A stretch of 36,850 bases of DNA from Sphingomonadales bacterium (GCA_046093525.1 JBJTFT010000052.1:1-36850), one strand, 5' to 3'; counted from the first letter of the stretch, positions 27,469-36,850 are shown. The notes: generated from the letters alone by a model not told the origin. Numbers and translations are program-made.

Positions 27469-27494
27469 GATCGGCTGTTGGGCGAACGATCTTA
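27466..27494. terminator. Possible bidirectional hairpin between convergent uvrA and DUF4293 genes
   Basis: TAAGATCG...CGATCTTA 8-bp inverted repeat that includes both stop codons; no clear U tract. Confidence 0.3.
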
Positions 27495-27914
27495 GCTGAG
27501 ACGATCCTGATCGCGTATCAGTTTCTCGTCGGCACGAATGCCTCGCCACGCCATCAGATATCCAACCCATTGAGCAATGGGCAGTAGTGCCGTTAGCGAA
27601 GGAATAAACTCATTTAGTTCGTAAAGCAATACGCGTATATACAAAGCGCATAGCAGGGTCGTAAGTAGTAGTCCTAACAAGCAATACCACTGTTGACGAG
27701 TGCGATTACCAAATAAAAAAATTGTCACCGTTCCCAGTAAGAGCAGCACCAAGGTAAGCGCTGTAAGGTAGAGCTGATAGCCCGCATCCACTTGCACTTT
27801 TATGGGAGTCGCATCGGGCGGGATCGTCCAACCGGTAGCAAAGGGAAATAAAAAACTTAGACCGGCTGCCATTACAGAAACTAACAGCCAAAGTGTTTGG
27901 GGTCGTTGTATCAT
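27492..27914 (-). CDS. DUF4293 family membrane protein
   Basis: MIQR.QTLWL start, TIFLF.NR.RQ and C-terminal A.RGI.ADEKLI...DRL; four TM segments. Confidence 0.85.
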   Translation of the reverse strand: MIQRPQTLWLLVSVMAAGLSFLFPFATGWTIPPDATPIKVQVDAGYQLYLTALTLVLLLLGTVTIFLFGNRTRQQWYCLLGLLLTTLLCALYIRVLLYELNEFIPSLTALLPIAQWVGYLMAWRGIRADEKLIRDQDRLS

Positions 27915-27923
27915 AGCCGTTCT

Positions 27924-29204
27924 TTAAGGCAGTTCGGGATAGAGTGGAAAGCGCTGCATCATGGCTTGTACATGCTCACGTACGGCGGCCACGACCTCAG
28001 GCTGATCGGCATGCGTTAACACCTCGTCGATCATCGCTACAATATTTTCCATATCGTTCTCGCGAAGGCCACGGGTAGTAACGGCAGGTACGCCTACGCG
28101 AATACCCGAGGTAACAAAGGGTGATTTGTCGTCGAATGGAACCGCGTTTTTATTGAGGGTAATATGCGCTTGGTCTAAAACTTCTTGCGCTTTTTTTCCA
28201 GTGATATTTTTATTTCGAAGATCGATCAGCATCAAATGATTATCGGTTCCACCACTGATCAAATGATAGTCTCTGCTAACAAAGGCACCGGCCATGGCTT
28301 GTGCGTTGGCCACCACTTGTTGCGTGTATTGTTTAAAGCCATCCTCTAAAATTTCTCCGAAGGCCACCGCTTTGGCAGCGATCACATGTTCGAGCGGCCC
28401 GCCCTGCATGCCGGGAAATACAGCTAAGTCGAGTGCTGCGCTCATCGAGCGAATATTTCCTTTTGGGTCTTTGGCGCCCAGGGGATTATCAAAGTCGTGA
28501 CGCAGCATGATGAGTCCTCCGCGGGGTCCCCGTAACGTTTTGTGCGTAGTAGAGGTTACTATATGGCAATGATCGAGCGGATCGTTGAGTAAACCGGTGG
28601 CAATGAGTCCAGCGGGGTGAGCAATATCGGCCAACACCAGCGCACCCACTTCATCGGCAACAGCCCTGATGCGTTTATAATCCCAGTCGCGACTGTAGGC
28701 AGACGCTCCACAAATGATCAGCTTGGGTTTTTCTTTGCGGGCGGTCTCTTCGAGTTGTTCGTAGTTGATAAGCCCTGTCTCTTTATGCACGCCGTAAAAA
28801 AAGGCGCGGTAATGTTTGCCACTATAGTTAGCGGGGCTACCATGGGTAAGGTGTCCGCCCATACTCAAGTCGAGACCCAAAATAGGATCACCGGGTTTCA
28901 GGCAAGCTAAAAAAACAGCGGTATTAGCCTGTGCGCCACTATGCGGTTGTACGTTGGCCCAAGTGGCCCCAAATACTTTCTTGAGCCTCTCTATGGCTAG
29001 CGTTTCGATCTCGTCAATAATCTCACATCCGCCGTAATATCTTTTTCCGGGATACCCCTCGGCATATTTGTTGGTGGCCACCGACCCCATGGCTTGCATA
29101 ACGGCAAGAGAGGTAAAATTCTCTGAGGCAATCAGTTCTATTCCTGTACGTTGTCTAACGAGTTCGCGATCGAGTAGCGAAAAAAGAGCGGTATCCTGTG
29201 GCAT
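27924..29204 (-). CDS. glyA: Serine hydroxymethyltransferase
   Basis: [42 protein letters not shown] (PLP Lys) and GGTDNHL. Confidence 0.98.
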   Translation of the reverse strand: MPQDTALFSLLDRELVRQRTGIELIASENFTSLAVMQAMGSVATNKYAEGYPGKRYYGGCEIIDEIETLAIERLKKVFGATWANVQPHSGAQANTAVFLACLKPGDPILGLDLSMGGHLTHGSPANYSGKHYRAFFYGVHKETGLINYEQLEETARKEKPKLIICGASAYSRDWDYKRIRAVADEVGALVLADIAHPAGLIATGLLNDPLDHCHIVTSTTHKTLRGPRGGLIMLRHDFDNPLGAKDPKGNIRSMSAALDLAVFPGMQGGPLEHVIAAKAVAFGEILEDGFKQYTQQVVANAQAMAGAFVSRDYHLISGGTDNHLMLIDLRNKNITGKKAQEVLDQAHITLNKNAVPFDDKSPFVTSGIRVGVPAVTTRGLRENDMENIVAMIDEVLTHADQPEVVAAVREHVQAMMQRFPLYPELP

Positions 29205-29219
29205 GATAAGAATGAATAA

Positions 29220-29251
29220 GTTGATTTGCCCACAAAGTTAAGTTACTTTTG
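29220..29251. promoter_or_regulatory. Overlapping divergent promoters for glyA and the nucleotidyltransferase
   Basis: Plus strand GTTG-N20-TACTTTTG (box 29244-29251); minus strand TAACTTTG (29233-29240). Confidence 0.75.
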
Positions 29252-29259
29252 TACACTGC

Positions 29260-30249
29260 ATGAAAGCCATTATTCCCGTTGCCGGACCCGGCACTAAGTT
29301 GCGACCTCACTCGTACACCCAGCCAAAGGCCTTAATACCGTTGGCCGGAAAATCAATTTTGGGTATCATCATCGATCAGCTCAAGGAGGCCGGTATCAGC
29401 GAATTTATTTTTGTGGTGGGTTATCTGGGCGAGAAGATCGAAGATTTTGTAACGCAGCAGTATCCCGGTATTCATGCACATTTCTTATACCAGACCGATC
29501 GTCAGGGAGTGGGACAAGCAGTGTTGTTGGCGCGCGAACTGGTGGGGGGCGATCAAGTTTTCATCGTATTAGGCGATACCATTTGTGAGTACGATATCAA
29601 GTCTATGATCGCTGCGCCTCGCTCTGCCATCGGACTAAGAAAGGTCGACGACCCCCGCGATTTTGGTGTAGCCGAGGTCAACGAAGACGGAAAGATCATG
29701 AGGCTGGTCGAAAAGCCCCACATGCCTAAATCCAATTTGGCGCTGGTGGGAATTTATAAGATCAAAGAGAGCGACGAGTTATTTCGTTGCCTAGAGAACA
29801 ATATCAGCCACGGTGTACGCACGCATGGTGAATACAGTATCACCGATGCGCTGGAGTGTATGATACAACAGGGGATCGTGCTGCAATCGTTCAAGGTCGA
29901 TAACTGGTTTGATTGTGGACGTAAAGAGACCTTGCTGGAGTCGAATGCGTTATTGTTAAAGAAATTTGCTCCCGGGGTCGATACGGCCGGTTTTATCAAT
30001 ACGGTCATCGTTCCTCCGGTCAGTATTGGGGCCGGATGTCACATTAGTAATGCCGTGATCGGACCTGACGTTACGATCGGGGATCATACGCGCATTGATT
30101 GTTCTGTCGTACGTAATTCTATCATAGGATCTTATTCGCATCTGCAAGACATTGTGGTCAGTGATTCTCTCATAGGTAGCGATACCGAGTGTAAGGGAGA
30201 GGCTCGCTCGCTCAATATCGGCGATAATGCCTCTATCGATCTTGGATAA
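29260..30249 (+). CDS. Sugar-phosphate nucleotidyltransferase (long-form glucose-1-phosphate thymidylyltransferase-like)
   Basis: MKAIIPVAG.GTKLRPH...PK, LGDTI, FGVA, VEKP, WFDCG and C-terminal hexapeptide beta-helix. Confidence 0.88.
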   Translation: MKAIIPVAGPGTKLRPHSYTQPKALIPLAGKSILGIIIDQLKEAGISEFIFVVGYLGEKIEDFVTQQYPGIHAHFLYQTDRQGVGQAVLLARELVGGDQVFIVLGDTICEYDIKSMIAAPRSAIGLRKVDDPRDFGVAEVNEDGKIMRLVEKPHMPKSNLALVGIYKIKESDELFRCLENNISHGVRTHGEYSITDALECMIQQGIVLQSFKVDNWFDCGRKETLLESNALLLKKFAPGVDTAGFINTVIVPPVSIGAGCHISNAVIGPDVTIGDHTRIDCSVVRNSIIGSYSHLQDIVVSDSLIGSDTECKGEARSLNIGDNASIDLG

Positions 30250-30264
30250 TCAATTACTCGTATT

Positions 30265-31233
30265 ATGGCCCCGTTCTCTAATCGTATTACCCGCCTTTTT
30301 TCTATTGATTACCCGATCGTTCAGGCCGGTATGATCTGGGCCAGTGGTTGGCGTTTGGCCAGTGCCGTGAGCAACAGTGGCGGCTTAGGGATAATCGGTG
30401 CCGGCTCTATGTATCCAGATGTGTTGCGGGCGCATATTCAAAAATGCAAACAGGCCTGCAGCCGTCCCTTTGGTGTAAATCTTCCCTTACTTTATCCGGA
30501 TATCGATAAGCATGTTGATATAATTATCGAGGAGAAAGTTCCCATCGTTTTTACATCGGCAGGTAATCCCTCGCTGTGGACGCCTCGGCTAAAAGCAGCC
30601 GGTATTACTGTGGTGCATGTGATCAGTTCTGCCAAATTTGCCCGCAAGGCCGAAGCCGCCGGATGCGATGCGGTGGTGGCAGAGGGATTCGAGGCAGGAG
30701 GGCACAATGGTCGTGAAGAAACGACCACGCTGGTGCTGATACCAGCCGTGTGTGCGGCGGTTTCTATTCCGGTTATTGCCGCCGGGGGTATTGCTACCGG
30801 AAAGCAAATGTTCGCTACCATGGCTCTCGGTGCAGAAGGGGTTCAGATGGGATCGCGATTTGTGGCCTGCGAAGAAGCTTCATCGCATCCTTTGTTCAAA
30901 GAGAAAGTGATCAGCTCGCAAGAAGGGGATACCAAACTTAGTTTAAAGAAGCTTACGCCGGTTCGGTTGCTCGACAACGAATTTGCCCGGCAAGTGCAAA
31001 CCGCCGAGGCGGCAGGGGCCGATGCGGCAACCTTACAGCAATTACTCGGCAGAGGCCGCGCCAAAAAAGGCATGTTCGAAGGAGACATGGCGCAAGGGGA
31101 ATTAGAGATCGGCCAGGTCAGTGTGCTGTTGCGCGATATTCTACCCGCCGCCACCATTGTACACAACACGTGGAATGAGTTTCAGCAAGCGTTAGCTGAT
31201 CCGCTTGGAGATTCATTCGTTCATCGGTCTTAA
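30265..31233 (+). CDS. Nitronate monooxygenase / FabK-like flavin oxidoreductase
   Basis: YPIVQAGM, GGLGIIG, PFGVN, AEGFEAGGH, PVIAAGGI and GVQMGSRF. Confidence 0.9.
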   Translation: MAPFSNRITRLFSIDYPIVQAGMIWASGWRLASAVSNSGGLGIIGAGSMYPDVLRAHIQKCKQACSRPFGVNLPLLYPDIDKHVDIIIEEKVPIVFTSAGNPSLWTPRLKAAGITVVHVISSAKFARKAEAAGCDAVVAEGFEAGGHNGREETTTLVLIPAVCAAVSIPVIAAGGIATGKQMFATMALGAEGVQMGSRFVACEEASSHPLFKEKVISSQEGDTKLSLKKLTPVRLLDNEFARQVQTAEAAGADAATLQQLLGRGRAKKGMFEGDMAQGELEIGQVSVLLRDILPAATIVHNTWNEFQQALADPLGDSFVHRS

Positions 31234-31248
31234 AAAGGAGATCGAATC

Positions 31249-32520
31249 CTAATTTTTTCTTACGATCCATTTGAGCATCTCTCCCCAGGTGATCTTTTTG
31301 CCATACATCAAAATACCCGTACGGTAAATCTTTCCGGCTAACCAGACCATCGCTATAAAGCTCAGCACTAAAATGGCCATAGAGACCACCAGTTGCCACC
31401 AGGGTACGGTGCCCGGCACTCCGTACGGAATGCGTGCCATCATTACAATAGGAGAAGAAAAGGGAAGCAGGCTACCCCACACGGCAATAGGGCCCGAAGG
31501 GTTAGCGATCGATGCGGTCATCATGGCAATAGAGAGAATGACCAGCATGGTGATCGGAAAGCTAAGTGATTGCGCTTCGCGGATATCTTCGTTGACCGCA
31601 CTGCCCACGGCTCCATAGAGTGATGCATAAAAAAAGAAGCCGGCCAAGAAATAAAAACCAAAGCAACCCAAGATAAGTGGTACATCCACTTTCGTAAAGA
31701 GTCGTTGCATGTTACCGACCATTTCGGCAGCCCCCATTTGGGTACCCGCCTCTTTGGCTACATTGTAGGCGACCAATATAAATGCGATCCAAAGTAGAAA
31801 TTGAGTAAGGGCTACCGCTCCAATACCAATGATCTTTCCCAACATCATCTGAAAAGGTCTTACCGAAGAAACGATCACTTCGGCAATACGGTTGGTCTTT
31901 TCTTCCATCACCCCCATCATTACCTGCGAGCCATAGACCAGTAAGATAAAATACATCAAAAGTCCTGCGACATAGCCAATGCCCTCGGCTGTATCGCTAT
32001 CAGATTTTTCGTCAATTACATTTTTAGCTTTAATGCCGATGCGACTTTGCGTTAATATCAGTTGCTTTCCCAGATCGATCTGTAAACTGTCATTGACCAC
32101 TTCGCTCCAAATACGATTGAGCTTAGCCTCCACCGCCGCAGTAGTAGCGCTGCCATATGATTTATAGGTGTGCAGGGGCAAACTGTCGAGTCCGTTTTTC
32201 CAGTCCAGTGCGGGGATAATAAGATACCCCTCGTAGCCACCCTCTTTTTCGTTGAGTTGTGCCTGGCTCTTATCGTTGACCAAGGTCAGGATAGAGCTGG
32301 AATCGAGTCGGTTCTGTTTTTCGAGAATAGGAGCGGAGAAATAACCCGAGGAGTCGATTACGGCAATCGAAAGTGTCTCGCGGCTGTTCTCTGCAATATA
32401 CCCCATACCAAAGATCAACCCCACGTAAAGTACCGGTAGGAGTAACGTCGCTATAATGAACGTCTTTTTTTGAACTCTCGTTAAGTATTCTCGTTTAATG
32501 ATGATCCAGGTCTTGTTCAT
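31249..32520 (-). CDS. ABC-2 type transporter permease (NatB/YhaP-like)
   Basis: IIKREYLTRV, one TM, large periplasmic loop, GVMEEKTNRIAEV, GKIIG, PFSSPIVMMAR and KIYRTGILMYGK. Confidence 0.9.
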   Translation of the reverse strand: MNKTWIIIKREYLTRVQKKTFIIATLLLPVLYVGLIFGMGYIAENSRETLSIAVIDSSGYFSAPILEKQNRLDSSSILTLVNDKSQAQLNEKEGGYEGYLIIPALDWKNGLDSLPLHTYKSYGSATTAAVEAKLNRIWSEVVNDSLQIDLGKQLILTQSRIGIKAKNVIDEKSDSDTAEGIGYVAGLLMYFILLVYGSQVMMGVMEEKTNRIAEVIVSSVRPFQMMLGKIIGIGAVALTQFLLWIAFILVAYNVAKEAGTQMGAAEMVGNMQRLFTKVDVPLILGCFGFYFLAGFFFYASLYGAVGSAVNEDIREAQSLSFPITMLVILSIAMMTASIANPSGPIAVWGSLLPFSSPIVMMARIPYGVPGTVPWWQLVVSMAILVLSFIAMVWLAGKIYRTGILMYGKKITWGEMLKWIVRKN

Positions 32521-33461
32521 AGTAGATCTTTTTTGGTATCGAAGGAGCGGCTGACCGGTGTACCTTCTACCAGTTTAATAAAAATATCATTGAGCGAGGG
32601 CAGCATCTCTTTGAATGAAACAACGCCTATTTGTTGGTCGAGCAAAAAGCGAAGCGCTTGATTGCGCGATTGCCCCTCGGACAGTTGTAAGAAGAGTTTT
32701 GAATCGGTCTGTTGAACGACCGTAAACGGTGGTGTCGCCATCGACAGATTGACCGCTGTATCGGTCTCTACCAGCAGTATGTTCTCCTTGAATTGCTCTT
32801 TGACCGCGGCTACTGTACCATCCAGAATTTTTTTACCGCGGTTGACCAGGGCAATATGATCGCAGATCTCTTCTACCTGCTCCATTCGGTGCGTGCTAAA
32901 AATAATAGTGGCACCGCCCGCTGCAAGACGATAGATCTCATCTTTGATCAAATTGCTATTGACGGGGTCGAGTCCGCTAAAAGGTTCATCCAAAATAATC
33001 AAGCGGGGATCATGCAGCACCGTGGTGACGAACTGTAATTTTTGGCCCATTCCTTTGGAGAGGTCCTCCACTTTTTTATTCCACCAGCTCTCCATACCAA
33101 ATCGCTCGAACCAAACCCCGATCTTCTCTTTGGCCTCGCGGTGTGAGAGTCCCTTCAGTTGGGCCAGGTAGAGCGCCTGTTCGCCCACTTTCATTTTTTT
33201 GTAGAGGCCTCTTTCTTCGGGCATATAACCGATAGAGGCGACGTCGCGGATGGGGTCGAATTTTTTGCCCTGACAGGTGATCTCGCCCTGGTCGGGATAA
33301 AAGATACCCGTAATCATACGAATTAGGGTAGTCTTGCCCGCTCCATTGGGGCCCAACAAGCCAAAGATCTGTCCTTCTTCTATGGAAAGACTAATATCAT
33401 CGACCGCTTTTTGGGATTCAAAATATTTTTTGAGGTGCTGTAGCGAAAGTATGGTGGCCAT
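32517..33461 (-). CDS. ABC transporter ATP-binding protein (NatA/YhaQ-like)
   Basis: GPNGAGKTT, GYMPEERGLY, LSKGM signature variant, ILDEPFSGLDP and STH; ATGA overlap with the permease. Confidence 0.93.
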   Translation of the reverse strand: MATILSLQHLKKYFESQKAVDDISLSIEEGQIFGLLGPNGAGKTTLIRMITGIFYPDQGEITCQGKKFDPIRDVASIGYMPEERGLYKKMKVGEQALYLAQLKGLSHREAKEKIGVWFERFGMESWWNKKVEDLSKGMGQKLQFVTTVLHDPRLIILDEPFSGLDPVNSNLIKDEIYRLAAGGATIIFSTHRMEQVEEICDHIALVNRGKKILDGTVAAVKEQFKENILLVETDTAVNLSMATPPFTVVQQTDSKLFLQLSEGQSRNQALRFLLDQQIGVVSFKEMLPSLNDIFIKLVEGTPVSRSFDTKKDLL

Positions 33462-33478
33462 AACTAAAATTCAGGGTA

Positions 33479-33486
33479 CAAAAATA
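33479..33486 (-). promoter_or_regulatory. -7 promoter box for the ABC pair
   Basis: Minus strand TATTTTTG, 17 nt before the ATG. Confidence 0.65.
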
Positions 33487-33526
33487 GTCAGATCGTGCAG
33501 GTAGCGGAGATATTTTACAGGAGTGG

Positions 33527-35131
33527 TTAACCGGTCACGCGGGCGGATATGGCGGCTACTACGGCATCGGCTACTCGTTCGCCGTCCATGGCCGCACTAA
33601 CAATGCCACCGGCATAGCCAGCCCCTTCGCCACAAGGAAAAAGTGTCGTCAGTTGCGGGTGGTACAGTTTTTCGGGATCTCTGGGAATACGAACCGGAGA
33701 GGAGGTCCTTGACTCTGTGGCTACCACTACCGCCTGATCGGTGTGGTATCCTTTTATCTTTTTTCCCTGCTCCAGAAAAGCACTGCGTAGTCGGTGCAAA
33801 ACAAATTCGGGTAGTACCTCTTGCAAAGGAGCGGCATGCAAGCCCGGCAAATAGGAACAAGGGGGCAGGGTAGCAGAGAGCGTTCCCTCGCAAAAATCCG
33901 TGAGCCTGAGGGCTGGGGCCACCAAGTTACCACCGCCGGCATTGAATGCTTTTTGCTCTACCGATTGCTGAAAGCGCAACAGCGAGAGCGCATCGATCGT
34001 CTCTTCTTTTTTTGATTCTCTTTTTTTGCGATGTATGTTTAACAGGTCCGGCAGATCAACGGCCACCACAATGCCGCTGTTAGCAAAGGGGTTGTTTCGT
34101 TTGGAGGGGCTCCAGCCATTTACTACGATTTCTCCCGGTGCAGTCGAAGCTGGCGCTATGATGCCTCCCGGGCACATACAAAAAGAGAAAACCCCTCTGT
34201 CTTGTACTTGTTGCACCCAACTGTAGGCGGCCGGTGGTAGCCACTCACCTCTTGTTTCGCAGTGGTATTGGGCCCGGTCGATCAATTGTTGAGGATGCTC
34301 TACACGTACGCCCAGGGCAAAGGGTTTAGCTTCTAGTAGGATGCCGTGGTGGTGTAGCAAATAAAATATATCGCGGGCCGAATGTCCGGTAGCCAGTATA
34401 CAGGCGGCCCCTTCAAAGACATCGCCTCGCACTGTTTTTACCGCCTTGAGTTTTTTTTCGTTGATCATAAGATCGGAGACCCGTTGTTCGAAATGAATCT
34501 CCCCTCCGCATTGTAAGATCTGTTCGCGCATGGCCGTAATGATGCCCGGTAATTTATTGGTACCGATATGCGGGTGCGACCGATAGAGAATACTTTCATC
34601 GGCGCCAAACTGTACGAACAATTGTAATATGCGGTCTATGTCACCTCGTTTATTGCTGCGCGTGTAGAGTTTTCCATCGCTATACGTGCCGGCTCCTCCC
34701 TCCCCAAAACAGTAATTGCTGTCTTCGTTGACCACGCCTTCTTTATTAAGGCGAGCCAGGTCGCGACGTCTTGCCCGCACTTCTTTTCCTCTTTCAAGTA
34801 CAATGGGTCTGATGCCTCGTTCGATCAACCGAAGGGCCGCAAAGAGTCCGGCCGGACCGGCTCCTATAATGATAACGCGGGTGGCTTCGGAAGATAGAGG
34901 CTTAAATAGAATTGTATGCGAAGGACGGCCGCAAAAAGGTTCGTCGATAAATGACTGTACCGTCAAGTTGACCCAGGCTTGTTTTCCTCTGGCATCGATG
35001 GATTGTTTGATCGGGTAAAATCCATTGAGTTGATCGGGCGTAACGTTCGCTGCGGAAGCGATAAGGGCCGTAAGCGTTTTTGGATCAGCGGCCTCGGAGG
35101 GCAGCAGCCGGAGCGAAATTTTTTTTTGCAT
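33527..35131 (-). CDS. NAD(P)/FAD-dependent oxidoreductase (uncharacterised FAD dehydrogenase, COG2509-like)
   Basis: IIGAGPAGLFAA, FGEGGAGTYSDGKL, PHIGT, LATGHSARD, FCMCPGG and GEGAGYAGGI.SAA.DG. Confidence 0.9.
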   Translation of the reverse strand: MQKKISLRLLPSEAADPKTLTALIASAANVTPDQLNGFYPIKQSIDARGKQAWVNLTVQSFIDEPFCGRPSHTILFKPLSSEATRVIIIGAGPAGLFAALRLIERGIRPIVLERGKEVRARRRDLARLNKEGVVNEDSNYCFGEGGAGTYSDGKLYTRSNKRGDIDRILQLFVQFGADESILYRSHPHIGTNKLPGIITAMREQILQCGGEIHFEQRVSDLMINEKKLKAVKTVRGDVFEGAACILATGHSARDIFYLLHHHGILLEAKPFALGVRVEHPQQLIDRAQYHCETRGEWLPPAAYSWVQQVQDRGVFSFCMCPGGIIAPASTAPGEIVVNGWSPSKRNNPFANSGIVVAVDLPDLLNIHRKKRESKKEETIDALSLLRFQQSVEQKAFNAGGGNLVAPALRLTDFCEGTLSATLPPCSYLPGLHAAPLQEVLPEFVLHRLRSAFLEQGKKIKGYHTDQAVVVATESRTSSPVRIPRDPEKLYHPQLTTLFPCGEGAGYAGGIVSAAMDGERVADAVVAAISARVTG

Positions 35132-35212
35132 GTGTCAGGTGTTTATCCTGAAAAACGTAAGCAAAGATGCGGTTTTACCCGGTAAAAGTTAATATCTTAC
35201 CCACATCCATTT

Positions 35213-35968
35213 ATGATTCGATCCTTTTTCTTGCGAATAACCCTGTTGGGGCTGTTGATGGGCTTGTTGGTTGCCTGCCGCAGTGTTTATGTGCCTTCAC
35301 AAGCACACTACGGTAGCCAGCGAATAACACGAGAACTCGCCACCGATTCGGCGTTATTCTTTTTAATAAAGCCCTACGGTGACAGTGTCGACAAAAGTAT
35401 GAGCACGGTGTTGGGCACCGTTCGCCAAACCCTCGAAAAAGACCAGCCAGAAGGAACGCTTGGTAATTTTATGGCCGATGCTTACTTAGCCATGGGTAAA
35501 CGAAAATTTGGGGAACCTATCGATGCCGCCTTTGTAAATTATGGAGGCATCCGGTTAAATCAACTCCCCGCCGGTCCACTCACCTTGGGAAAAATTTTTG
35601 AGCTAATGCCATTCGACAATCTATTGGTGTTGCAACAGCTCAGCGGAGTGCAGCTTCAATCTTTTTTAGATCTGGTCGCGGCCAGAGGGGGATGGCCCGT
35701 TGCCGGAATTCGGTTTACCATCAAGAATAAAAAGGCCATTGATATTTATATAAAGGATACACCCTTGCAGCCCGAGGCACAGTATTGGATCCTCAATTCC
35801 GATTTTGTGGCCTCCGGGGGCGATAATGCCGACATGCTAAAAGTGTTGCCGCAGCGTTCGACCGGATACCTGGCAAGAAAAGCGTTGATCGACTACGTGA
35901 TTCTCCAAAGCCAGCAGCAGGGTAGTATAGGGGCCGTTTTAGAACAAAGAGTACGCTATGCTCAGTAG
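35213..35968 (+). CDS. Lipoprotein with 5'-nucleotidase C-terminal domain
   Basis: Lipobox LVA-C22; LGNFMADA, N.GGIR, IFELMPFDN and DFVASGGD motifs; no metallophosphoesterase domain. Confidence 0.88.
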   Translation: MIRSFFLRITLLGLLMGLLVACRSVYVPSQAHYGSQRITRELATDSALFFLIKPYGDSVDKSMSTVLGTVRQTLEKDQPEGTLGNFMADAYLAMGKRKFGEPIDAAFVNYGGIRLNQLPAGPLTLGKIFELMPFDNLLVLQQLSGVQLQSFLDLVAARGGWPVAGIRFTIKNKKAIDIYIKDTPLQPEAQYWILNSDFVASGGDNADMLKVLPQRSTGYLARKALIDYVILQSQQQGSIGAVLEQRVRYAQ

Positions 35969-36850
35969 AAAGAACTTTTTACGACAGTCGGCCTTGCTTA
36001 CAGGCGGACTACTCTCGGCTCCCTTCGCTGGTGAGGCGCTTGAAGGCCAGTCTGCTGACCGACTCGTCATTTTGCATACAAATGACACCCACAGCCGGCT
36101 CGATCCCTTTCCTATGGATGGCAGTCGCAACCAGGGTTTAGGAGGTGTGGCAAAAAGAGCTCAAATCATTAAACAAATTAGGGGCCAAGAGCCCTATGTG
36201 CTTTTGCTGGATGCCGGTGATATCTTTCAGGGTACCCCTTATTTTAATTTTTACAAGGGCGAGCCTGAGATCAAGGCCATGTCTTACATGGGCTACGATG
36301 CTACCACCATTGGGAATCACGACTTTGATGCCGGCATGGAGAACCTGGCCACGCAACTGCGCCTGCATGCCCGCTTTCCAATGCTGGTCTGTAATTATGG
36401 AGTCATTGGGACACCCTTGGAGGGAAACATAAGGCCTTACCAGCTTTTTAGAAGGGGTCCTTTCCGCATCGGTGTAATGGGAGTTGGCATAGAGGGTAAA
36501 GGGCTGATACCCGATCAACTGTTCGGGTCCACTGTCTATCTTGACCCCCTAGAACAGGCCAATAAGGTGGCCGATATACTTCGAAAAAAGGAGCGTTGCG
36601 ATCTGGTGATCTGTCTTTCTCACCTCGGAAACCGCTATCCCACAGAGCGTAAGGTCAGTGACGAGGACCTGGCCAAACAATCCGAGGACATTGACCTTAT
36701 CATAGGGGGGCATACCCACACCTTTTTGGAAAAACCCCTTGTATATACCAACAAAAAGGGGAGGGATGTGTTGGTCAACCAGGTCGGTTTTGGTGGGATT
36801 TTGTTGGGTAGGATCGATTTTGAATTTTCCAAATTTTCGGGCCAAAAAAT
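35958..36850 (+). CDS. Metallophosphoesterase (5'-nucleotidase N-terminal catalytic domain), 3'-truncated; absent from the ORF track
   Basis: My translation from ATG 35958: MLSRKNFLRQSALLTGG... HTNDTHS, LDAGDIFQG, IGNHDFD, LSHLG and IIGGHTHT; still open at the window end. Confidence 0.9.
   Translation, partial: MLSRKNFLRQSALLTGGLLSAPFAGEALEGQSADRLVILHTNDTHSRLDPFPMDGSRNQGLGGVAKRAQIIKQIRGQEPYVLLLDAGDIFQGTPYFNFYKGEPEIKAMSYMGYDATTIGNHDFDAGMENLATQLRLHARFPMLVCNYGVIGTPLEGNIRPYQLFRRGPFRIGVMGVGIEGKGLIPDQLFGSTVYLDPLEQANKVADILRKKERCDLVICLSHLGNRYPTERKVSDEDLAKQSEDIDLIIGGHTHTFLEKPLVYTNKKGRDVLVNQVGFGGILLGRIDFEFSKFSGQK

Noticed and set aside
1-36850. CRISPR arrays, prophage, transposases, defence systems, rRNA/tRNA
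   Set aside because: Nearly all sequence is accounted for by housekeeping CDSs, the largest gap is about 230 nt, and no repeat-spacer pattern or relevant motifs were seen.

Overview
Compact housekeeping region from a Bacteroidota genome, probably Chitinophagaceae-like. This is inferred from gene order, TAnnTTTG promoter boxes and protein signatures. In order it holds the end of the dcw cluster (ftsW-murG-murC-ftsQ-ftsA-ftsZ plus terminator), a TIGR01777 oxidoreductase, FadN-type 3-hydroxyacyl-CoA dehydrogenase, metG (one in-frame TAA), an S66 LD-carboxypeptidase, and kup with two alpha/beta hydrolases. Next come an exported hypothetical protein with a membrane partner, purQ, a two-gene DsbD locus, an orphan ECF sigma factor, uvrA, DUF4293 and glyA. 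The window ends with a sugar nucleotidyltransferase, a FabK/NMO-like flavoenzyme, an ABC pair, an FAD oxidoreductase and a split 5'-nucleotidase. I saw no mobile element, CRISPR array, rRNA or tRNA. The best leads are a structured three-way-junction leader that covers the ECF sigma start region, a DsbD whose alpha domain lacks its cysteines beside a free alpha domain that keeps them, the interrupted metG (probably a sequence error), and apparent CGATCG enrichment. All calls are by eye; no searches were run.
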